Made by a program: the position numbers and the translations under genes. A DNA stretch of 64,000 nt from Aplysia californica (taxonomy: Eukaryota): NCBI RefSeq assembly GCF_000002075.1, contig NW_004797519.1, positions 308,649 through 372,648 on the forward strand, given 5' to 3'. Each line of letters begins with the position of its first letter. Position 1 is the first letter of the stretch. Shown here piece after piece: positions 11,451 to 22,048 of the stretch. The notes beneath the pieces are model-generated. The model was given only the letters and a program-made list of their open reading frames with translations, was not told the origin of the DNA and ran no database searches.

Positions 11451-14432
11451 AATTGTTAGTACTGTACAGTCCCCTAGCGTTACCCACTGGGGGGCTGTGC
11501 AGTCCCCTAGCTTTGCTTCGTACTCTGGGGGTTTGCAAAGAAAGTCTTAGATCTACTAGATCTAGATTCTAAAACTAAAAACTAAACTACCATGTAGTGT
11601 AGTCTACGGTCTATATCATAAGTACTGTAGCTCTAGAATCTAGATCTTGATAGATCCTAGATCAACAAACCTGTTGACATAAATAATAAATTCGACTTAA
11701 ATAAAGAGTTTGGCTCTAGGTCTAGATTCTCCCACCATACTAATTAACTTAACTAGATCTAAAAAAAGGTCGCTCAGCCTCAGCTGCCCACACATAAGAG
11801 GGAATTATCGCGAAGCCCTCTATTTGATTGCTTTGAACTTTTTCCATATAGTGTCAGATTTTACTGGACGTTACAGATTCTAAATTTTGTGGTTGAGAAA
11901 CCTTTACAAGTTAGGTTCCGACCGGTTTCCTTTGATGTTGGCCGAAACTATGTCAGATTTATAATAGAAGTTTTACAATGGAAGTTATATACGATGACAC
12001 GGAGAAAATGTTTGGTTTTCGTTGCAACACACCAACTTTTACAAAGCAGGGGCGGAACTCGTAGGAAATGTATCAATGACCAGAAAGTCACCATGATCAA
12101 GGTGAACGAGTCCAGGCTGAAGAGACAAACAAAACGTAAAAAACTTTCCAAGGGCATAAAAATAACCTTTTGGTTACAATGGACAGCTAACACTTTTAAG
12201 TTTGAAAAAGATAAAAACTCACTAGAAAAGGAGAGGAGTCATTGATCGTCCTCAGAATCGGACCCAAAGGAATAGATAACTATCTTTTGTTGAATAAATC
12301 CAAGCCCGTCAGTTTACCAATATTATTGTTCTCTTCTGCCATGGCGTGTTCAACACATTTCTTCCAGTAGTGTCTGTCTACGTCAAATATAGCATTCGTC
12401 GTCAATGTCTTGATGTCTGCGATTTTGAAAGTCATATTTTTGTCAGCGACATCGTGTTTAATCCTTGCCCAAACCAACTCAACAGGGTTTAAATGGGAAT
12501 GGTGCGGTGGAAGTCTCAGGCTCGTGTGTCCATGAAAAGCTATAACTTTATCACTAGCATAGATCTTGGGTCGATTTAGACTTTTGACTATTTGCAAAAG
12601 TTCTGGTTTTAAAGCGTGCTCTGGAAACTCGATGCTGTTGGTACAAAGCCATTCTATTATGTTGTCTTTTCTTCATGCAGAAGTTCTTGTTTTATTTTCC
12701 TGCGCAACGCAATTATAATACGTTGCATTGTCCATCACAATACACGTAGGCCAGTCGAGAGCTGGCAATAGCTGATGTTTCACCAAATCTTCGAATATGT
12801 CCGCGTTCATTTCAGAGTGATAGTCTCTGCTGTCTGTTGACTTCGATTGGAAAATAAGAACGGCATCGGAAACAAAACCAACAATGCTGCTCCCAGCAAG
12901 AGCGATGATCAATCGCTGACCCTTGCTGGAAGGGACGTGCCAACCCATAGTAGCGTCTATCGACTGCCACTCTTGCTCTTTAGCATGGTGAGCGTGAACC
13001 CAGGTTTCATCAATGTAAACTATGTCGAAACCCTCTTTTCTCTGACTTGTCGTAGATATCTGCTCCTCGAGGCAACGAGATCCGATCGCTAGCATAGGAT
13101 GCCTTTTGTGTCCTAGTCTTTTTTCTGAACGTGAACCCTGCACTTTTCACAATTTTCCATAACGTTGTTTTGTTCAAAGAAATTTGCATTTCTTCTTCAA
13201 CATATTATTATTTCTTCAACTTTCGGAGGGTCACTAGTTCTCGTTTTTCAAACATTCTGACTATAAGACGTTTTATCACATCAAGGTCAAAATCATTAAT
13301 TATCCCTGGCCTATCAACAACGGGTCTTTGGGGTTCATTTGCAGACTTTACACTGCTTTGAAGAAGGCGATTTATTGTTCGCGGCGATAAAAGTTTCTTA
13401 AAATCACGAAGAACTCGTTTTTTTAAATTTGCAATGGAACAGTATGTATTTCCGCCATTGGCTTCGGCACAAAAGTGTTGCGCAACAGTCTGTGCGGTGA
13501 AATATTTACACTTAAGGGGCTTTGTAAATTTCGAGTCACAACTCAAAAAAAGTCTCGTCTGCCCTGAGTTATGTACGAATTGATCCTTTTCTGATTTTAG
13601 GCAACACAAGACGCAGCGCTCAACTCCTCAATACTCTCCGCTGTCCGTATGATTTCCGTCGGCGAAATTCACTCGTCGTCTCACCCAGGCCCCACTTGTA
13701 TGTTTCGACAGAGTACACGCCTTTAGATTATTATGACAGTGCGTTTTCAAGAGATTTGTGAGTGAACAATAACACTGGACTTGTCTGTGTCGAAAAAGTG
13801 GCAAAAAATGACCAGCATGTCTGCGTGCTGTAAATACGTGATTTTTTGTTTCCACTGGGGCTTGAGCAAAGCCCAAATAAGCTATCTTTTGCGATAAACA
13901 AACTTCGCTTTTAGAAAAAGTTTTCGTAACGTCCATGTCATTTCACTTTATTTTGCAAAATTTCAAATCGAAATATTGAGAACTGAGTGAACAGGATTTT
14001 TCTAACCGTGGGCAACTGTGGCTTTACGACCTTTAGATGTGAATCAGATCTACAACTACAAAGTAAGAACTATTAAAATATTGTACTCTACGTCAATTCT
14101 ACTGGATCAACTAACCTTTCGACATTCACTTTTCTCACAAAAAAAAAAAAAAGAAACAGTGGGTGGCTCTATCATACTCATAAACTTTTTCAAACATCTA
14201 TCGTAACTGCCAAAAACTTGGCCAACAGTCAAATCAGACGTCATGTTGTCAATTTGTCATGGGAGGAAATTACAATTTTGTTGATGTCTGATGATGGCTT
14301 GTTGACCTCGATCCCCAGGTCAAAGGTTGTTTCTTTGCGGTCCCCCTGTGCGCAAAGCAGCGCTTGGTGACTGCACAGTCCCCGAGTAAAGCTACCCCAG
14401 TGGGTAGCGCTTCACAGTCCCCTAACAACTTT
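11451..14432 (-). mobile_element. IS630/Tc1/mariner DNA transposon, Sailor-like (long DD..E spacer), decayed
   Basis: Imperfect inverted ends sharing AGCG(T/C)TACCCACTGGGG and CTGTGCAGTC blocks (~11451-11520, ~14350-14432) enclose a broken transposase. Confidence 0.7.
12280..13609 (-). pseudogene. DD83E transposase pseudogene (Sailor-like)
   Basis: Motifs VYIDETW, KGQRLII, DYHSEMN, IVMDNATY, LRLPPHHSHLNPVELVW. In-frame TGA at 12673-12675, further stop/frameshift upstream. Hand count gives 83 residues between the second D and the E. Confidence 0.85.
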
Positions 14433-14559
14433 AATCTGAGTTACCTCGGTTTCACCGAAACCACGCGCTCGAAAAGCCGCGAGTCAGCTTACGTGCCGTG
14501 TTTATATTTCCAAATTATACGTTTGCGATAGCACTATAAACACACGAGCGGACACACCC

Positions 14560-14614
14560 ATACACACGCACACATTCACACACAAATACACACTGACACA
14601 TACACACATACACA

Positions 14615-14663
<49 letters not shown>
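14560..14663. repeat. (CA)n microsatellite
   Basis: CA run. Confidence 0.95.
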
Positions 14664-14667
<4 letters not shown>

Positions 14668-15137
14668 CATCTCGGTGGCCTCCCTCTTGGAAAGAAGTCC
14701 ACCTTGGCAGATCTAGAGGAACCCCCCCCCCCCCCACTAAAACACAATAAAAACGGCCATCAGAACTTTCATCAGCTAAGGGTAGATTAAGCTACATATA
14801 CGGCACTGTTTCAGGAAAGGCAAAGCGACACAATATATCGAGATGTAGATCTAGAATCTAGGCCCAGATCTAGTGGACCGGCATATAATGTCTGGAGAAA
14901 ACTAAAAATTTGCGGAAAATTGGAAGCACTAAACATTAGAGAACGTAGATCTATCTAGATCTAGATTTATATCTAGATCTAGACACGTCCCTAGCTAGGT
15001 CTAACAATAACATGGCCTATTTTTAACTCTCCCGAGAACGAAATAATGATCTAGATCTAGGCAGTCAGTGACTGACAAAAACAAGCTCATTTGCATGTGA
15101 GCTTGGTCTGCAAGTGACGAAAAAGAGCAGTGGACGC

Positions 15138-17722
15138 CAGGGCCGCGTTACCTGTAAGGCTGTTCAGGCTGTAGCCCAGGGCCCCGCGCCTCAGGGGGCC
15201 CCGCGCTTTCAAACACGACGTTTAAAAAAAGTTTTTCAACAACAACAAAATTGTCCTCTTGTTGAATTGTTGTTGTTGTTTGTATTGCTGTTGTAAACTG
15301 AATGTAATTAACCAAGCCACTGTTCAAAACTTAGATGCTTTGGATTTCAAGACATAAAGTGTGAATACAAAGATTATTCTCGGTATCTCCGAAGATCCCA
15401 TTTTTATAGACAGCTTGTAAACGGAGAAAACGTAAGAAGAGACTGGATTTATTATTCAGAGTCAACGGGGAAAGTATTTTGTCAGTGTTGTAAATTCTTC
15501 AGCACCACCGGTGAGACTGCTTTCACTTCAGGATTCAACGACTGGAAGAACGTTATATAGAGCGATTGTCCTTGCCTGAAAACAGTGATACTCATCGCAA
15601 AGCTGCAAATGACTTCTATGTGTTAGGAAAACAAAGTAGGGTGTTAAACAAATCTTTCGTCTCACAATTGAAAATAGAGGTTGAATACTGGCGAAAGGTT
15701 TTGGGAAGAGTGGTGTCTGTTGTGAAATTTTTGAGCGAAAGAGGACTCCCTCTACGTGGTTATGACGAACTATTTGGATCTGCACATAACGGTAACTTTC
15801 TTGGATTGTTAGAATTGATGGCTACGTTTGATCTATTTCTAGCAGATCATATTGCGCGGAATGGCAACAAAGGACGTAGGCACGCGTCATATTTATCATC
15901 TACTATTTTTGATGAGTTTGTAGAAGTGTTGACCGCCCAAGTAAGATCAGTCATCATTGAAGAGGTCAAAGAGGCAAAGTACTACAGCATGAGTGTCGAT
16001 TCCACCCCAGACATAACCCACACCGATCAACTGACATTCATTCTTCGTTACATCAATAAAGCTGGTCTACCTGTAGAGAGATTTATAGCCTTCATCCCAA
16101 TAGAAGCACACGATACAGAGTCTCTCACGTCAGAAATTTTGACAGCTTTGGACAAATTTGGAATGGAGCTTCGAAACTGCTGTGGTCAAAGCTACGATAA
16201 TGCTAGTAACATGGCTGGATGCCTCAGTGGTGTACAGGCCCGTATCAAAGAGATGAATCCCAAGGCTTCCTTTGTCCCCTGCTCGGCTCATTCTCTAAAT
16301 CTGGTTGGTGTTTGAGCAGCTGAATATTGCGTAGACGCAGCATCATTTTTCGGATTCGTCCAGGCATGGTACAACTTCCTTTCAAGCTCCACACATCGTT
16401 GGGGCTTGTTTGTAAAACGTATCGGTGGCCCTACACCCAAATCATTGTCAGGAGCTAGATGGTCTGCCCGACATGATGCAACAGTAGCATTAATATCCAA
16501 CTACAAAAAGATTATATCATTACTTCTTGACATCTCTCGAGACGTGAAAGAATCTCCCCAAACGCGTGATGAGGCGTCATCCTTGCACAACAAGATGGAA
16601 AATTTTGATTTTGCTGCGCTGTGTGTGTTTTGGGAACAAGTTCTGGCACGTTTTAACACTGCCAACAAAACACTTCAGAAACCATCACTCAACCTGGGAG
16701 TCGTACACATGTTGTACGATTATCTAATTGCTTATTTAACAGGACTTCGGGACGATTTCGAGCGAATGGAACAATCAGCCACACCTTTCGTCGAAGAGCC
16801 TTCCTACCAATACAAACGCATTGCAAAACGCAAGCGCTTCCACGACGAAACAAAAGATGTTGAAGCTGTTTTGTCACACCGGGAACAGTTTAGAATAAAC
16901 ACCTTCCTTGTCATCGTTGACTGCCTTTTGTCTGAGCTTGAAAAGCGAGGACACATCTACAGGACTCTGGCTCAAGATTTTGACATTCTCTTTCATCTTC
17001 ACAAGAAACCTGCCACAAGCATTTGAGACACGTCACAATTCTCGCATTCAGCAGCAATATTAGGACGACCTAGAGCTATCATTTCCTGACGAACTAGTGT
17101 CGTATTCAGGATATGTCAACTCAGCATTTCAGTCTGAGGATACACTTTCTCCTCCCCGGCTCCTTCAAGATCTGCACGAAAGTGGTGCAACAACAGCTTT
17201 CCCAAATGTAGAGATCCCACTGAGGCTCTTTCTCACCATACCTATCGCCAACGTAGAGGGTGACTGAAAGATCCTTCTCCGTACTGAAACGAGTGAAAAG
17301 TAGACTGCGTCCAACGATGGGACAAGACTCTTGACGACTGAATCTGAAACGACCAAATCTCTAGACTTTGAGGACATCATCGAGGCATTTGCCGAGCAAA
17401 AAGCCAGGAGTAAAATATAAGGTATGAGTTTTTATAATCTGTTGTGTATGTGTTTAAATGAAGTAATCCACCACGAAGTAAACAAGCACGGATAGGTTTC
17501 GGCTGCCTCATTCTTTGTAACAGAAATAGATCTATAAATGTGCTTATCGTCGTCTTAATCCACATTATTGGTGGATACCGGTAGGCCTACATCTAATCAC
17601 GTTTTACAGTATAGCTTTCCATAAGTACGGGTTACAATGCGGTAGTAGTAGCATCAACGTCATCGAGGGGCCCCGCGGCTCAAGGACAGCCTAGGGCCCC
17701 GCATTTAGTTAACGCGGCCCTG
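15138..17722 (+). mobile_element. hAT DNA transposon (ZMYM1-like/DUF4371 transposase), decayed
   Basis: 13-bp TIR CAGGGCCGCGTTA/TAACGCGGCCCTG. Perfect 8-bp TSD GTGGACGC (15130-15137, 17723-17730). GGGCCCCGC subterminal repeats. Confidence 0.95.
15400..17420 (+). pseudogene. hAT transposase pseudogene
   Basis: GFNDWK, LPLRG, GNFLGLLEL, YYSMSVDSTPD, GQSYDNASNM, FVPCSAHSLNLV, ARWS and C-terminal FPNVEI hATC motifs. Broken by stops (16313-16315, 17024-17026) and frameshifts. Confidence 0.9.
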
Positions 17723-17911
17723 GTGGACGCGGGGCCGAACTGAGCAGCTAGCAGGGCACACATAAACAGTCAGCTGTTTACGTTAACAAGCTTGAAGTGG
17801 GCTAGGAGTTACTGTTCTTACCCCGTTTAACCAATCAGAGCCCTCAGCCGTTCACCATGACGCTAAGTTGTTTATATTTCAACCACATAATTCTAAACTG
17901 TGATTTCAACC

Positions 17912-18779
17912 CGTCTTGCTCGAGAAGGGTAGTGTCTACGTTCTCTAACGGTAGAGAACGTATGCAAGTTGTCTACGTTCTCTAATGTTAGAAAGAACCA
18001 CAAAATAGCTCGCTCGCTCTATCTAACATGAAAAAGTGTCGACATTGCTGCTTCCACAGCGCTTACACTTTATTTTCGCAAGCTATAAAGTTTACTTTCG
18101 CGAAATTGAAATGCTCGAGAAAGTAAAGCTGTCTACAGTACCGCATCTTGCCTTTACAGCGACGTTTAACCCCTAACAAGCAACCAACACCTTTATCATT
18201 CCATCGAAATGACACCCCCCCCCCCTTTTTTTCATTATAATTTGTTGTAGGCCTACACTTTTCACCCAAGGAAGGTGCACTCTAATGCCCCCCCCCCCTA
18301 AAACTTTGAACAAGTCACTGAAGATCAGGACGTCTGTAATTCCCACTTCAACGCCAAGGTAGGCCTATGTGATACAATGTGAGAGACCATAAATGATACC
18401 AAATTCACATGTGTGGAAAAACATTGCCGATTTGGTGTGTGATGTCACATTACTGTCATGAAATCAAATCACGTGGATCAAGGTCAAGTCAGTCATATCA
18501 ACGCTAGGTCTACGATAGGCCTAGATATAGTGCATAAAATAACCCAATTCTATGAGTGGACTGGCGGACCTATTTGATGTAGATCTAACGACACAACATA
18601 ATGTAGACCAATTTGAAAAAAAAAGAAAGATTGAAAAGTAGCCTAGCCTTATCCAGAAGTTCAAACAGGGCCCTACAGGCTTAATATTGTTACTTTTTTT
18701 TTATTCGTTAGAGAACGTAGACAGCTTGTATACATTCTTTAACGTTAGAGAACGTAGACACTTCCCTCGACAAGGGGTC
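17912..18779. mobile_element. MITE with long, internally repeated TIRs (TCTACGTTCTCTAACG twice per arm); superfamily unassigned
   Basis: ~17920-17990 is the inverted copy of ~18706-18770. Confidence 0.75.
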
Positions 18780-20325
18780 TAAATCTAAAAATAGGGACGA
18801 ATGAAGGGCGTTGAAGCATTGTGGCGCATGAGGTAATGGTTCTATAAATAATCTCACAGTTATACAACAGGTCAAATGCTCGAAAGGGTTTGAGGTCCAA
18901 ATTCCTTTATCGTGTAACCCAAGCTCACAACAAAACCACACACACACACCTCCAAAATAAAACAAAATGAAATATTTATAGTAGATCATAGTTGTTTAAT
19001 TTGATCTTAAATGAAGGAGAAGACATTAAACTTTAAATAGACCCAAAAAACAAAATTTCATGGAAAGTCACTTTTTAGCCTTTCGAGCCTCGTAGCTCCA
19101 AATAACACATTGCGTCTTTCGACTGATTATGACCGGGCCAGACATATTTATGACCTTATTGTGTTGCAAGGGCCGTAAAACTCTACTAAAACTGAAAGAG
19201 AAAATGCTGTGATTGAATGGCACAGGCAAGAGAGTCCACAAAGAACAAACCCATAATTTGTCTTCAAGCAAAGTCTAATTTCGTTTTATTTCATCCCTCC
19301 CCCCTCAAATATTATTGTAGACGCCTTTAGTTTACACCGATTCTTTCAGATTTCTCCAAAGAGTGCATCATCTGAAAGAAAAATAGAATCAAAATCATGT
19401 TTTAGTTTAAAAAATAGTGGCAGTTGATTGTGAGTTATGTATGTTTAAGGAGGNNNNNNNNNNNNNNNNNNNNNNNNNNNNNNNNNNNNNNNNNNNNNNN
19501 NNNNNNNNNNNNNNNNNNNNNNNNNNNNNNNNNNNNNNNNNNNNNNNNNNNNNNNNNNNNNNNNNNNNNNNNNNNNNNNNNNNNNNNNNNNNNNNNNNNN
19601 NNNNNNNNNNNNNNNNNNNNNNNACACANNNNNNNNNNNNNNNNNNNNNNNNNNNNNNNNNNNNNNNNNNNNNNNNNNNNNNNNNNNNNNNNNNNNNNNN
19701 NNNNNNNNNNNNNNNNNNNNNNNNNNNNNNNNNNNNNNNNNNNNNNNNNNNNNNNNNNNNNNNNNNNNNNNNNNNNNNNNNNNNNNNNNNNNNNTATGTC
19801 TGAAAACATCGTTAAAATAGAGAAAGCATTGTTCATTGCAGAGACTATAATATTCTCCATAATTTGATATGCCATACATGTCCATTTCATTAATGTAATT
19901 TCTTAAGGTCAATTTTGAGTGACTATATCTCGGGCGACTCCAGTCGTAGAAGAATATAAATGTGCCGAAAGATGCATAGTTTATTTAACTTTTAATCGAC
20001 AGTCTGCAATCTTCGGGTGAGTACATTTTCAAGTTTCTTTTTGTGGACGCCACTGTATATACATAATAATAGNNNNNNNNNNNNNNNNNNNNNNNNNNNN
20101 NNNNNNNNNNNNNNNNNNNNNNNNNNNNNNNNNNNNNNNNNNNNNNNNNNNNNNNNNNNNNNNNNNNNNNNNNNNNNNNNNNNNNNNNNNNNNNNNNNNN
20201 NNNNNNNNNNNNNNNNNNNNNNNNNNNNNNNNNNNNNNNNNNNNNNNNNNNNNNNNNNNNNNNNNNNNNNNNNNNNNNNNAATCTGAAACGTGTATTCAC
20301 CAAATCATCGCATTAAATTAAATAC

Positions 20326-21050
20326 TTGTACTACTCACTCATGCAGCGTGCCAATATAAACCCTTTCTCTGACATGAAACCTAAAGTAAAAGAACACATC
20401 ACATCTTCCTGGTCCCGACTTTGGAACCAACAAATGCACAACAAACTCCATTACATTCAACCGAAACTTGCGCTCAGGAAACCCCTGTCTCTCCTACGAA
20501 GACTAGAGAAAATGTTATTTACACAAGATTAAAAAAAGGACACACGCTCGTCACGCACAACCTTTGTACTCGAAGGAGAGGAAGCTCCTTTTTGCGTGGC
20601 GTGCTGCACATACTTTACAGTTCGGCACATCCTAACGGACTTTAATGATATACGTACAAAATATTTTTAATGTAAAAGTAAAAATGTCAAAACTCTTTTT
20701 GACATTGTAAACCCGAGAAAAATTTTAAGTTATAATGTTAAAAAAATAGGACTGTTTAATAGGATATAAAAATATATAGTTATCGTTGTCAGTGTATACA
20801 CATACACTGAAATTAATATTGTAAATGCAAATGTAAATACGTCTTTACCATATTTACAAAAATATTCATAAATGTCTGTCGTCCTTTTAGCATGATGTTT
20901 TTAATATGACCGTGTGCAGTTGCGAACGCCGAAAACTCTTACTAAAACATGACATGATCCTAGATTTGTTGCGGTGAAACCTATTGGCACTTAAATGACC
21001 AAAATTGAGTCGATAGTGCCGTAAAACACCTACTCTGTCAATCAATAAAA
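20326..21050 (+). mobile_element. I/Nimb-clade LINE 3' fragment (ORF2 C-terminus, 3' UTR and tail)
   Basis: Frameshifted translation W..LW...NKLHYI.P, TRLKKGHT..TH, PFCVAC..FTVRHIL (C-terminal zinc knuckle). 3' tail ATGACC...GCC..AAAA at ~20906-20945 and ~20986-21050. Confidence 0.75.
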
Positions 21051-22048
21051 AAAACAACAACCCAATATAAAGCTAGATAAATTCTGCATCTTCGGGCACA
21101 TTAAAATTAAGGTTGCCCGAGATATAGTAACTCAAAATTAATCTTAAGAAATCAGATTTGGCAAGACTGTGCGGAATCAAAGAAACTAAAAAGTGTATTC
21201 GCGTCTGTTTTGAGAAGCATCAACATTTTTGCAAGGAACATGTCTTGAATATTAGATAAATGGAGAATTTTATTATCTCTGATATTTAAAAAAATGATAT
21301 TTTGAAACACATTGGAAAACAGAGAAATTGCAGAAACCACGCAAAACCTGGACTAATGTGCTCATTAGTATTTTATCGGGAGCCATTGGTTTCATGTAGA
21401 GCACGAACCCTTTTGCGCATGGACTGTGTCAGAGTTTGGACATAATCATCTCTCAGTGAGGAACAAAGGCTACAAGGCTGCCCTGGTAAAGGGTACAAAC
21501 AAAACCCCACTTGTGAGAATCAACGGATGATTCGTTTAGAGGACTTAATCGCAAGTTCTGGAACGTCAGATCTTATCCATATTTTCGTAATGGTGTCATT
21601 TAAGATGGCATCTTTATGTATGACAAAGCGCCTTATCACAGGGCAAACGCCCCTAAACAATTTTTAGAAAAACCAAATCATACCAATAAATAGCCCCGCT
21701 ATGAACCCTACAGATAATACATTGAGCCCCGGGAAACAAAAGCTGAAGAAGCACAATTTCGCTCCCAATTCAAACACTTTTTTTGCAACTCTATGTAACA
21801 TTTGGGATAAACTGACAGACAATTAAGCCCAAAATTTAACACAGTGCCTGTCCAACGGGTTCGTGCTGTACACCCCCCCCCCCCAAATAAAACAAAAACA
21901 AAACAGCAACCCCAACCCCCCCCAACCCCCCCCCCCAAAAAAAAAACAACAACCCCAAAACAACAAAACTAATGGTTCCTAAACAAAATATTAATAAGCA
22001 CATATTTAGATGTTAAGTCCAGGTTTTGCGTGGTTTTTGAGACTGCTC

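Noticed and set aside
12673-12675. In-frame TGA codons in transposases (also 16313-16315) as selenocysteine or programmed readthrough
   Set aside because: They come with other stops and frameshifts, so ordinary decay is the simpler explanation.
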